Of a DNA stretch of 64,000 bases, positions 12,867 through 25,503 are shown one piece after another. Both the position numbers and the translations under genes were made by a program. A model generated the notes under the pieces. It ran no database searches, had not been told where the DNA came from, and saw nothing but the letters and a program-made list of their open reading frames with translations. The DNA is taken from positions 119,598,001-119,662,000 of the forward strand of contig NC_043000.1 of assembly GCF_006345805.1 (NCBI RefSeq), read 5' to 3'. The number at the start of each line of letters is the position of its first letter. Within the stretch, counting starts at the first letter, position 1. Source of the stretch: Octopus sinensis. Lineage: Eukaryota.

Positions 12867-13133
12867 AATAGTTCTTTATGTTTTAGAACTTTTAAGTAGG
12901 TTTTCGCTTCTAAAAAATTCGTTGGCGGAATTGCAGATTAATGCCTCATACCTCATAATAGCTCTTTATGTTTTATAACTTTTAAGTAGGTTTTCGCTTC
13001 TAAAAGATTCGTTGGCGGTATTGCAGATTAATGCCTCATACCTTATAATAGCTCTTTATGTTTTAGAACTTAAGTGGGTTTTTGCTTCTAAAAAATTCGT
13101 TGGCAGAATTGCAGATTAATGCCTCATACCTCT
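12867..13133 (+). repeat. 3 x 90-bp tandem repeat in PNPT1 intron 1
   Basis: Unit starts AATAG(C/T)TCTTTATG at 12867, 12957 and 13047. Confidence 0.92.
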
Positions 13134-13962
13134 TGGGAAAGGATACCTTTACGGAAAGAAAGTAGGGTACAAAAATGTGTGTGTGTGTGGAAATATTTAA
13201 TATAAACCTAAACATCTTGTTGCACATATTGAACTTGTTGCGATGTTACCTGTGACAGGTAGTTGTCATAGTACCTTTGAGCGAAAAACGGTTACTTGCA
13301 TTTAAATCAACATTGTTGTACTTCACTATCATCTGCCGTGTTTTCAGGGTTCGAATGTGACGGGCAGCCTTTGACGACTTCTCTATCCTATAGGGTTTTT
13401 AATCCAATATTTACACGCTTTTATTTATAGCATAATCTACTTCGAGTTCGACTGTTAAAAACGAATTCTTTAACATCATCATTGTATTTTTAATCAAGAC
13501 TTTTTATTATCACTTATTATTCTGATGGAACTCAGTATATTCGACTATTTTACTTTTCTTATTCTTTCCTATTTCTTGATTACAATCCTTCAGAACTTAA
13601 TTTAATTAGATACAATAGCATGTGTAGTACAGACATAAAAGTCTTTAAAACATTTTTGTTCAGAGACTCACATGTTCTACCCAGAGCAACACATTTTCTT
13701 TAGATATGAGAATTTGTTAATTTGCCTTCCTGCCATATTCTTGCCTATGATACCATGTTACTCAAATGATTTTAATTGTGTAGTATAATTAAATTCATAA
13801 GTAGTATCCCAGACATTTCAGTTAATTGATTGCAAACTAGTGTTTAGTTTTCTCTTGACATCTATTTTTTGTACATGTGTAAATGAAATTTATTGGAAGA
13901 AAATAAAATTGCAAAAGAATATAGTTTTTTGTTACTTAGATTTATTTTCTAATTTGTTTTAG

Positions 13963-14023
13963 GAAATTAAAAATAACTACGGGTAAATATGCCAGATTTG
14001 CGGATGGTGCTGCAGTGGTTGAG
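13963..14023 (+). CDS. PNPT1: PNPT1 exon 2
   Basis: TTTGTTTTAG / GTATGT; 61 nt; (R)KLKITTGKYARFADGAAVVE, the PNPase 'GKLARFADGSAVV' motif. Confidence 0.96.
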
Positions 14024-14258
14024 GTATGTATTGGTTTCAAATTTTGGCACAAGGCCAGCAATTTCAAGGGAAGGGATAAGTCAATTACATCAACCCCAAT
14101 ATTCAACTGGTATTTATTTTATTGATCCTGAAATAATGAAAAGCAAAGTCAATGTCAGTGGAATTTGAACTCGGAATATAAAGACGGATGAAATGCCACC
14201 AAAGCATCTTGTCCAGTATGCTAACAAGCTGCCTTGTTGAAGTATGTGTTAATTAACT

Positions 14259-14568
14259 CAGGCCTGGTCAACTTCAATTACACTGCAGACCACTTTAATC
14301 ACAGAAAAATTTTTGAGAGCCACTTGTATACTTTATGCACTAATAGTCAAATAATCAAATTATAGAATCAATAATTTTTCATACTTTTCGTTTGTTTAAA
14401 ATTATAAAATTCTAGGCTATTGCTTTATTGCCACTTATAAATTTTAGATTTATTTTCATACAAATGTTTTACACAAACAATTTTATTTTGAAGTTAAACA
14501 CAATGAAGAGGTCACCTATTTCAAGAAAGTATCAAGTGGGCCCGTGGGCCTCAGGTTGGCCAGCCCTG
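14259..14568. mobile_element. hAT-like MITE
   Basis: CAGG..CCTG termini with an exact 8-bp TSD AATTAACT (14251-14258 and 14569-14576). Confidence 0.82.
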
Positions 14569-16525
14569 AATTAACTCATACTTCCAAATAAATAAGACTT
14601 TTCATAGTTGAAGCTAAATATCAACTGCAGTGACTATAGAAAGATTTGGAAGTGCTATGGACACTGCCCTACTTTCTTAGCTAAAATAAAATTCTTTCTA
14701 CTATAGGTACAAAGGCTGAAATTGTAGGGGAGGGGGCCAAGCAATTACATTGACATCAGTATGTATTTTATCAACCCTGAAAGGATAAAAGGCAAAGCTG
14801 ACCTCAACAGGATTTGAGCACAGAACATATAGCAGGAAGAGATGCTGTGGGGCATTTTATTGCTTTTATCTAATGTGCTAACAATTTTGGTAGTGAAAAA
14901 CATACTTTTGATCAAATTCTTAGCAGTTCTATACCAATTGCTCATAACAAGTGACAAAAATAATTCTTCTAAGTTCCCTTCTTATCCCATAATGCATTAA
15001 AATTTGCATCCTCTGGCTACGCATTTCGCCCGGCGTGCTAACGTTTCTGCCAGCTCGCCGCTTTCATTTCGCTGTCATTTCTTGCAGACCCTTTGTAGTA
15101 TTTTACGGTTGCTTAACGAAATACGGTGTCCCTACATGTTATTAATTTTTCCTTTCCGTTTCCAAAACGATAGTAGGATAAGATTTGACTGTCATTTCTT
15201 GCAGACCGAGGAACTACGTAGGAAAGGGTACTTTCTCCTTGATGCATAAATACCAACAGTATATATATATATTGAGGTTGAATCAATCAATTTAACGTCG
15301 CTTTAATGAAAGAATCATATGAAATGGGGAGGATGAAAACCGTTGTTTTCAAGTCAGAAAAATGTTTTGTGAGTTCAAATCCTAGTGAGTTGTGTATATA
15401 ACTAACAAAATTCTCGGGCAAGAAAACCAACAAACAAACATAAATTACCAGTTATGTACTGGGGTCGATTTGTATTTACGTAAGAAACCTTTACGAAATG
15501 GATTGTACATGCTTGTTACTAAGTGTTTGCCGGAGTTACTTCCCTTTGCATAATCTCGCTATGGTGGCTTATTCTTGTATGATATATCTTAAATATAAGC
15601 TATATTGTTTTAAGAATTATGAAGAGATTAAAAATAAAGGTGCCAGCCTCATGCTTTATGTATTAAATTTAATCCATCGCCCAGTTTAACATTAGTATTA
15701 GGCCTCTGGTTGTTTGACTTCAGCAGTGGTCACTCTGTTGGGAGATTTCTTACCTGGTGTCCAGTTTAAGGATTCCTTCCTTCCTACTTCCTGTTCCTCT
15801 CGGAGTCCCTGTAAAGGGTCATGGGTATTATTATCTTGCCTTTGATTAACCATTTCGTTACCGTATTTATATTGAGATGCTCTTTGTTTCTTTCAATTCA
15901 TTTTGAATTTAACAAAGAATTTAGTAAAATAATTTAGTTATCCTTAAGCTGGTGTTAGGAACAGAAATTGTGACTAAGGTTTGGTGGACGATTTTAATTC
16001 AAACCTTATGAAAATAAGACATTTATACTACAGAGCCAGAGTTGGTTTCAGCCAGGCTGGTATTGAAAGGGTTAAGCTTTAAAAAAATGAGACAGCATTT
16101 TCCTTTTGGTGGTTTTATGCCCTTTTGTTAGTAATAAGCACGTCATTCTTGTCTTGTGTATATGACATGTTTGCATGTATTTTCCATACAGTTAAAGGAC
16201 AGGCTAATGTAAGTTATTAGGACAAATATTATAGGAACATGCGTGTATTTGCAGTGAAGAAACTTGCTTCACAACCGTGAGGTCTTGGGTTCAGTTCCAT
16301 TGCATGGTACCTTGGGCAAGTGTCTTCTAGTATAATCCCAGGCCCACCAAAGCCTTGTGAGTGGATTTGGTTGACAGAAACCGAAAGAAGTCTAAGGCGG
16401 CGAGCTGGCAGAAACGTTGCCAGGTGAAATGCTTAGCGGTATTTTGTCTGAGACATTCTATTAAACTGTAAAAAGTTCTCAATTTGTAGTGAAATATTTC
16501 AACCAAATTTCAAATTTTATTTCAG

Positions 16526-16600
16526 TTTGGTGGCACAGCAGTATTAGTAACGGCGGTGTGCTCAGAAAAGCTCTCTTCTTCTGGATTTATGCCACTAACA
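16526..16600 (+). CDS. PNPT1: PNPT1 exon 3
   Basis: TTTATTTCAG / GTAAGT; 75 nt; FGGTAVLVTAVCSEKLSSSGFMPLT. Confidence 0.96.
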
Positions 16601-18855
16601 GTAAGTATATATATCATCACGAAGGCCTACACCTTTGATGCTTATTTATTTTTTTTTTAAGGCTGTTTCCTCAACTTGGTTGAGATGTTGATGTTACATT
16701 TCAATTGGTATTCTTTTCAGCTATACTCTTTTTTTTACTCTTTTACTTGTTTCAGTCATTTGACTGTGGCCATGATGGAGCACCGCCTTTAGTCGAGCAA
16801 ATCGACCCCAGGACTTATTCTTTGTAAGCCTAGTACTTATTCTATAGGTCTCTTTTGCTGAACTGCTAAGTTACGGCGACGTAAACACACCACCATCGGT
16901 TGTCAAGTAATGTTGGGGAGGCAAACACAGACACACAAACATACACACACACACATACATATACATATAGACATAGACGATGGGCTCTTTCAGTTTCTGT
17001 CTACCAAATCCACTCACAAGGTTTTGGTCGGCCCGAGGCTATAGTAGAAGACACTTGCCCAAGGTGCCATGCAGTGGGAATGAACTCGGAACCATGTGAT
17101 TCGTAAGCAACCTACTTACCACACGGCCACAAGTTGGGCTTGGGTTTGAACCTGCAACCATTATTGTTACTGAGACTGATGCTTTAACTGCTTACCTATT
17201 GTGCCTGTGGATATTAGAGCTGTTGTTTTTAAGGCGCTTAGATTTCATTTGCTTCCTGAGACAAGGAATTACTATTATTATACAATGGTAAAAGGCAGCA
17301 AATTGGTAGAATTGTTACCATGCCAGACAAAATGCTTAATGGCATTTCTTTTGACTCTTTACATTCTGAGTTCAAATTCTGTCGAGATCAAACTTTGCCC
17401 TTCGTCCTTTCAGAGTTGCTTAACTAAGTACTGGAGGTAAGGTCATTGATTTTCCGCACCTCTAAATCTCTGTTAGCCTTGTGCCAAAATTTAAGCACCA
17501 TTCGAGCATGATTGATGCCAGTGCAGCCTGACTGGCCCCCATGCCAGTGGTACGTAAAAAGCACCCACTACACTCTTGAAGTGGTTGGCATTAGGAAGGG
17601 CATCCAGCTGTAGAAGCCTTGCCAAATAGGATTGGAACATGGTGCAGCCTGCTGGCTTGTCAGTCCTCAATCAAACTGTCCAACCCATGCCAGCTTGGAA
17701 AGTGGACGTTAAACGATGATGATGATCAGGCAGTAGAATGGCAAGTCTTTAGAAAGTCAGATAAAATGCCTTGCTCTATATTAGGGGTTCTCCACCATTT
17801 TAATCTATAGACCCAGCTTTGATTATTATTTTATTTTTGTGGCCCTCCATAACCATTTGATGTTTAAAAACTAGTTTTGATAGAAGCTTCTTTCAAAACT
17901 CCTATTTTGTTTTTCACACATTAACTCGTGTAGGTTGAACTACGTAAAATGTTAGAGAAAGAAACTTAACTATTTCTTGCAATACATATCATTACATATA
18001 TCTAAAGCAAAATTTTTTCAGGGGCCCTTAAAATACGACTGTGGATTCCCAATTTACTATTTTGTTGTGTGGACCCCCAAAATTCTTGTATGGACCCTAG
18101 ATGAGAACTTCTGCTCTTTATCTTTCAGCTGAAATTTCTGCCAAAGTTGTTAAAAATAGTCTTAGTTACATTGTGGGGTTGATATAACCCCCTCATTCAC
18201 CACCGACCCTAAATTATTGACCTTGCCCCTGTCATCGTTATTTCAATGTCTGCTTTTCCATGTTGTCCTGGATTGCACAGAATTTGTCAAGGTGGATTTT
18301 TCTACTGCCAGGTGCCCTTCCTGTCACCTACCCTCAACCATTTCCAAGTAAGGTAATATTTCTCAATCACCGGACAGGTTTCTCATGGAAGATTAGAAAT
18401 CGACACCACTTGCATGAAGGTGACACTTGTTTACAACTATCACATGATATTACCGCAAGGGGACACACCCACATACTCTCACTCACATACACACACATAC
18501 ATACACACACACACACACACACAGAGGATGATATGTATATGTGTGTCTGTGCATGTGTATGTAATGATGGGTTTTCTCAGTTTCCATCTACCAAATCCAC
18601 TCAAGGCTTTCGTTGGCCTATAGAAGACATTTGCCTGTGGTGTCACACAATGAGACTGAACTCTAAGGCACATGGTTGTGAAGCAAACTTCTAAACCACA
18701 CAGCCACACCATGTTGTTGCCTACCAAATTTCACTCATGTCGTTAGTCAACTGGTGTGTATCACAGAAGGCCATTGTCCAAGGTGCTACGCAGTGAAATT
18801 GGAATCTAAAACTGTTGTTGTGAAACAAACAGTTTATCCACACAGCAATTCCTCC

Positions 18856-19198
18856 TTGTCCTGCTGCTCCTGCACCTGCTCCTCCTTCTCCTCTTCCTCC
18901 TTCTCCTCTTCTCCTTCTCCTCTTCTCCTTCTCCTCTTCCTCCTGCCCCTCTTCCTCCTGCCCCTCTTCCTCCTGCCCCTCTTCCTCCTGCCCCTCTTCC
19001 TCCTGCCCCTCTTCCTCCTGCTCCTCTTCCTCCTGCTCCTCTTTCTCCTCCTGCTCCCCATCCTCCTCGTCCTCCTGCTCCTTGTCCTCCTGCTCCTTGT
19101 CCTCCTCATTCTCCTCATCCTTGGCTTGCTCCAGCTCGTCCTCCTGCTCCTCAACCTCCTCGTCATTGTTGTCCTCCTCTTCCTCCCCCTCCTCTCCC
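18856..19198 (+). repeat. Polypyrimidine (CTC/CTT) tract with a 15-bp CCTCTTCCTCCTGCC sub-array
   Basis: Read directly from sequence; it is the source of the Leu-rich and Arg-rich ORFs in the track. Confidence 0.92.
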
Positions 19199-19601
19199 TT
19201 TTCTATGCTTGCAGGGTCAGGTGGAATTTGTTAAGACAAATTTTATACAGCTGAATGCCTTTCCTGTTGCCAACCCTCACCTGAAATTTCCCCCATGGCC
19301 AGACATGTTTTTCCTGGAAAACTAGAAACAAACAAACAATATTTCTTGTATGATAGTAAACCTTGTTTACAATCATTGCAACATGTCAAGACAAGGGTAT
19401 GTATACACACACACACACATGGCAGGCTTCTTTTAGTTTCTGTCTACCCAGTCCATGTGCAAATCTTTGCTCATCCTGGTATTATAGTAGAAAACACTTG
19501 GCCAAGGTACCATGCTGTGGGATTGAACCAACGATCACAACGTTGTGAAACAAGCTTCTTAATTACACAGTCATTTGTTTTTAAATATTTAAATATTTAC
19601 A

Positions 19602-19850
19602 GTGGAGATGCGTGGCTTAGTGGTTAGGGTGTTAGTCTCATGATTGTAAGATTGTGGTTTCGATTCCTAGACCGGGTGACACATTGTGTTCTTGAGCAAA
19701 ACACTTCATTTCATGTTGCTTCAGTCCACTCAGTTGGCAAAAATAACTAACGCTGTGATGGACTGGCATCCCATCCAGAAGGGGAATTTATATGCCATGG
19801 AATCTGGGAAACCGGCTCTTCTGAGTTGGCAAGACTCGGGGAGGAACTTT
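19602..19850 (+). mobile_element. tRNA-derived SINE family E
   Basis: TGGCTTAGTGG A box, GTTTCGATTCC B box, TTGTGTTCTTGAGCAAAACACTT core. Relatives at about 30255-30570, 45535-45705, 58700-59000(-) and 59390-59530. Confidence 0.7.
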
Positions 19851-19879
19851 ACTTATTTTTTTACTTTTAATATTTTCAG

Positions 19880-19985
19880 GTGGATTTCCGACAGAAAGCT
19901 GCAGCAGCCGGTCGTATACCTACCAATTATTTACGAAGGGAAATTGGTAGTACGCAACACGAGATATTAACAAGTAGAATGATAG
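19880..19985 (+). CDS. PNPT1: PNPT1 exon 4
   Basis: ATTTTCAG / GTAATT; 106 nt; [35 protein letters not shown](D). Confidence 0.98.
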
Positions 19986-20915
19986 GTAATTATTGCTTTA
20001 ACACTTATAACATTTGGTAATATTTGTTATTTATTTCAGATTTCAGGCAATGAGCTGGCAGAACCGTTACCATGCTGGACCAGATCCTTAGCAACATTTC
20101 TTCTGACTTCATGTTCTGAGTTCAAATTCTGCTAGAGTCGACTTTGCCTTTCATCTTTTTTGGGTTGAGAATATAAATACCTATTTCTTTACTACCCACA
20201 AGGGTCTAAACACAGAGGGGACAAACAAGGACAGACAAACGGATTAAGTTGATGATATCGACCCCAGTGCATAACTGATACTTATTTAATTGACCCTGAA
20301 AGGATGAAAGGCAAAGTCATCCTCGACGGAATTTGAACTCAGAACGTAGTGGCAGATGAAATATCGCTAAGCATTTCACCCGGCGTGCTAACGTTTCTGC
20401 CAGCTTGCCGCCATAAGAATATAAGTACCAGTTGAACACTGAGGTTGATGTAATCATCTTACCCCCGCCTCCCCACTCGAAATTACTAGCCTTGTACCAA
20501 ATCTGCATTTGTTAGTTCTAATTTAAGGTGTTGGTCCAGTAGAATTATTTAGCACATTGGACAAAATGCATTTTGCTTATGTTTATGTTGTGAGTTCAAA
20601 TTCAACTGAGGGTGAACATTGTGAAGTCGATGACATAGGTACCAGTTAAGTCTTGGAGTCTATGTAATTTGCCTACTCTCCTCCCTTAGAATTTCAGGCC
20701 TTGTGTCTTGAGCAGAAAAGATTATAAATTTCAAAGATGTCAATTTTTATCTTTTTTTTTAATTTTCTTTTGGCAAAAGATTTTATGATAGGAGATCATT
20801 TGGCAAAAATTGAAACAGTTGCTTTGAGGTAGATTTATGATAACTATGTAAGATGTACATACAGTTATATTCACTTGTACTAATTCAGAAACATTGAAAC
20901 ATGCTGGTGTCGCAG

Positions 20916-21262
20916 AAAAAAAGCACCTGTGTTGTACCTTATAAAAAGCAGTTGTGCTGGCACCATATAAAAAGCAGTTGTGCTGGCACCATATAAAAAG
21001 CACCTGTGCTCGTACCACATTGAAAGCACCTGTGCTGGCACCATATAAAAGGCACCTGTGCTGGCACCTATGGTGACACCTTATAAAAAGCACATGTGCT
21101 CGTGCCACATTGAGAGCACTTGTGCTGGCATCATATAAAAAGCAGTTGTGCTGGCCTCATATAAAAAGCACCTGTGCTCATGCCACATTGAAAGCACCTG
21201 TGCTCGTGCTGGTACCACGAAGAAAGCACCTGTGCTAGCGTTATGTAAAAGGCATTTTATGC
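20916..21262 (+). repeat. Minisatellite of about 26 bp
   Basis: AAAAAGCA(G/C)(T/C)TGTGCTGGCACCATAT repeated about 12 times with variants. Confidence 0.88.
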
Positions 21263-21543
21263 AGGCAGTCATGAAATTGCATTGTCGTTTAAGCAATGTT
21301 CCAAAATATAATTTTTAAGTAATACATTTAATTAATGTTTTTAAGAACAATGAATGTTTATGTGGTTATTCATTTCCTTTTTGCACCTGTGCAGACTCAT
21401 AGATACACACATATATGTATATCATATGTTTATCTATCTTGATACCTCGCCAGATATTTTTTTATATGTGAATATTTGATATATTGTAGCAATAATAATT
21501 TGCGTGTGGCTGTTTCACCAGCGCCAAATGGCTGTCAAATTTC

Positions 21544-21971
21544 GGATCTTTTCGGTTTGAACAGCAGTTTTGAACATAATTTCTGAGTAACTAAAAAATT
21601 TTAAACTTCGTATACTGGTAGAATGTGTTTATAAAACATGTTTTTCTCTTGGCTTTATTGAAAAAATTCTATAGTTTGTAAGATATTTGTTGTTTTTTTC
21701 TTCAAATTCTGCAATTTCAACCAATCACTGACGTCTGTTGAGGTAAAAAAAACATTCTGTGCTGTATGAATATGCCCCTCGTTTAAGAAACAGATTGGGT
21801 TTATTTACATTTGTGAAGAAAAAAAAGATACCCTTTCCCCCACCCCTAACCCTAACTAACCCTAACCCTAAAAGAGATTAAAATGCAATAGATCGATACT
21901 AGGGTCATAATTATGGGTGACAATTTCATATGACACCGCTAGAAAAACTGCCGTTCAAACCGAAAAGATCC
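21544..21971. mobile_element. MITE with about 27-bp TIRs, 8-bp TSD and internal TAACCC repeats
   Basis: GGATCTTTTCGGTTTGAACAGCAGTTT / AAACTGCCGTTCAAACCGAAAAGATCC; TSD CAAATTTC on both sides. Confidence 0.85.
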
Positions 21972-23029
21972 CAAATTTCCCTTAAATTACATCCTGTCAT
22001 CTTTAAAAAAAAAAGGACAGGATTTTAACTGCTGGATACTATGATACTATGTCTGTTCAGTCAGGGCGGACCTTGAACCGAACAACAACAACAACAGTAG
22101 CGGGATTCTCATCTCAAAGTGTGGAACCCGTTGTCATCGAGACAAACTTAGGTACGCAGAGTTATCTACCTTACCCAGCGTCATGATTCCAGTTCTGTTA
22201 AGTTTTGAAATCGTGAGACATGTGAAAGTGTCAGCTGTTGATCTCACATTAATTCTAATAATCAGTCGGTAAACATCAGAAGATGAGAATTTAAAGAGAA
22301 GAGAAACACGGTCTATTGTAATGATGCTGATGGAAAATGATAGGGGATTTAAGATGGAATTCAGTTTCATCACATGATACAGATTGGGGTAAAGGGAGCT
22401 AAACAGCTTTAGATTGCGTCCCTTTGATGGAATGTATCTCTTGCTTATCTCCCCTGCAAATTAAAAATTTTCTTTCTGTCAATCTTTGAAAGTCTCCTTA
22501 TATGTCAGGGGAAGTAATCTTTTTCTCTTTCTGCTATTCTGTCTGGTTTTCACAAGTTTGCACAGATAAATTAAGAGCTGGAGTTCTTACGGCTAAGATT
22601 ACTAATAAATGGAAAATATTTCTGATTGAGAGTGAAATGCTTTATAGAGCAAGCACAGCTGTGTGGTTAAGGAGCTTGCTTTGCAACCGCGCGGTTTCCG
22701 GTTCAGTCTCATTATGCGTCATTTAGAGCAAGTGTTTTCTACTATAGCCCCCTGAGCCCATAAATAGCTTGTAAGTGAATTTAGTAGACGGAAACTGAAA
22801 GATGTGTATATGGAAGCCCGTCGTATATGTATTCACACACACATACACCTTCATCATCATTTAGCGTTCTTTTTTCATGCAGGCATGGGTCAGACTGTTT
22901 GACTGGAACTTGTAAGCTGGAGAGCTGCACCAGGCTCCAGTCTGTTTTGGTTTGGTTTCTACAGCTTGATGCCCTTCCTAATGCCAACCACTCCACAGAG
23001 TGTACTGGGTGCCTTTTGTATGTCACTGG

Positions 23030-24210
23030 TACTTGCCACTAAGTCGCTAAGCTTTGTGTCTTCTGAAGTGTAGCAAATCACCAACAGTCTCGGTCACTTG
23101 TCATCTCCTCCATGAAACTCAACATCCAGAGATCATATTTCATCACCTCATCCCACATCTTCCTGGGTTGACTTCTTCCCCCGTGTTCCCTCCACAGTTA
23201 GAGATTGGCATTTTTTACACAGCTCTCCTCAACCATGCACATGGCCATACCAGTGCCGTCTTCTCTCTTGCACACTACATCTGATGCCTCTTGTACCCAG
23301 TTCATCTCTTTAGACACACAAACTCTATCGTATGTGAAACCCTGACGTTACCCATCCACCGAAGCATACTAGCTTAATTTTTTTCAAGCCTTTGTGTGTC
23401 CTCTGCAGTCACAGCCCGTGTTTCACTACCATGTAGCATGGCTGTTTGCACACAGGCATCATATAATCTGCCTTTCACTCTGAAGGAGGGACCCTTTGTT
23501 ACCAAAAAAGATAGCAGCTCTCTGAGCCTTCAACCAGCCAGTTCTTTTTCTAGCAGCTACACCCTTAGAGCATCCTCCTCCACTGCTGCTTTGGTCACCT
23601 AGGTAACGGAAGCTATCTACTACATCTAAATATTAACCCTGGGCATATGACAGTCTTTTGTTTGTACAGTCCTAGTGTTTATTGTGCCTACATATCTGCC
23701 TCACACAAAGACTACTTTCTCTGTTTACCTTCCTCTGATACTGCTGCACCTCTTATGTGTCCGTAGCTGGCACCAGGTACACTTTATGTTGTTTCTACCT
23801 ATGCCGTATCTACATGTCAAGCAGGGCCATCTCCCTGAAGGGATTTATGATTTGTCTGTTTCTTTACTTACTAAGACTGGTCTTTGCAAAATTAGCTCTC
23901 AGACTCTTTCTATTCTACTCTAGGCACAAGGCCCGAAATTTTGGGGGAGGGGTCCAGTCGATTAGATTGACTCCAGTACGCAACTTTTACTTAATTTGAC
24001 CCTGAAAGGATGAAAGGCAAAGTCGACCTCGGTGGAATTTGAAATCCGAACGTAAAGACAGATGAAATACCGCTGAGCATTTCGTCCAGCGTGCTAATAT
24101 ATCTAAGGCCCTTTGATTCTAGACCTTGCTCTCACGCCTGAAATTTCTTTCCTAGTTCTGGTAGTGATTCAGCAATAAGAGCAAAGTCATCAGCATAGAG
24201 GAGCTCAGGT
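23030..24210 (-). mobile_element. RTE-clade LINE fragment, split by a SINE at about 23905-24100
   Basis: Minus strand ELLYADDFALIAESLPELGKKFQA*EQGLESKGLR (24207-24105), then VKGRLYDACVQTAMLHGSET and an RTE C-terminus. Confidence 0.88.
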
Positions 24211-25117
24211 ATATTGAGTATTAGTACACATTTCTGTAGCATTTTTATTTAGAAGACAGCTGCATTAAATAACTTCACATCTAACATTATGCCAGTTTCT
24301 GTTTTTATGCAGCACCACTTCTTTGGGTTATACACCTTAGAATATTTTTTAGGTGATCTGCCTCCAAATTTTTAGCTATATATATGTGTTAATATATATA
24401 TATATATATATATATATTAAATAACTTCTTATATTGAACTCTACTATTTCCTTCTATTTATCTCTCTCATATCATCTCTGATGATGGGATATCTTTTATA
24501 TCCCTGAAACAGCCGTAAGACTACCCTTCTCTTTATAAAATGTCCCAGTAATTTCACACTGCCTTGGCTTTGTAGTTTCATTTTATTTAACATACACACA
24601 CTCACATATGGCCTGTGTTAGACTCTTCACTCATACTATTATTGAACCGGGGGTCTAACAGTGGTCCTTCCTTACATAGCATTACCTACCTTTTGGGGGT
24701 CTTCTGGATACCCCTCTCATATATGTGTGTGTGTGTGTTTGGGTTTGTTACTCCACCACTGCCTAACAACTGAAGTTGGTTTGTTTATGCCCCCTCCTCC
24801 CTTGTAACTTAGTAGTTTGGCAAAATGATTGATAGAATAAGTATCAGACTTAAAAAAAATATAAGCACAGGAGGAGATTTGTTTGACTAAAGACTTCAAG
24901 GTGGTGCCCCAGCATGGCCGTAACACAATGACAAACAGGTAAAAAGCTAATAAATTTCTGTGTAATTTATGTGATTATCTTCTAAGGTATTTTAGATCTA
25001 GGTTGGATGGGTTCTGGTTATTTTGGTTTGGCTGCTTTTGGCTGTTTTTCCCATATTAAAACCGAAGCTATTTGAAGTTTTTGAGGAAACCATTTATTTA
25101 TACATATATATATATAT

Positions 25118-25503
25118 ACTAGCAGTATCGCCCGGCGTTGCTCAGGTTTGTAAGGGAAATAACTATAAAGCATTTTTAGAGAGTTATAGCCAAAAGATAG
25201 CAAAAAAATGGAAAAAAATTATGGTAAATTTCTTTTGAGAGTAAAAAAAGGTGGAGTTGCGTCCCATAGACAGTTTGCAGTTTGTGTTTCTGATTCTCGA
25301 CCCCATGTCGAATTTATCGATTTTTTTCAGAACTGGGGGAACTTTTCAAAATTTTCGCTGCGTTAGTTTTGAATTATGACATTGGGCTATGTGTGTGTCA
25401 AGTTTCATCAGAATCGGTTGAAAGCCGTGGTCAGGGTGAGGGTACGAGAAAACAGACACACAGAAACACACACAGACAAACTGCCGTTTATATATAGAGA
25501 GAT
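25118..25503 (+). mobile_element. Non-autonomous Helitron-like element
   Basis: Starts ACTAGC..CGCCCGGCGTTGCTC, ends TTTATATATAGAGAGAT; no TIR or TSD. Relatives at 38116-38548(+), 29132-29522(+) and 57335-57728(-). Classification is inference. Confidence 0.55.

Noticed and set aside
13340-13400. Acceptor-like TTTTCAG in PNPT1 intron 1
   Set aside because: In-frame stop after 3 codons; the true exon 2 is at 13963.
18754-19254. Leu-rich and Arg-rich ORFs
   Set aside because: Product of the CTC/CTT tract; the same applies to the YI/SI ORFs at 26983 and 31684.
22062-22520. Possible nested ORF or exon (22134-22373)
   Set aside because: No recognisable homology or splice structure; adjoins a repeat terminus.
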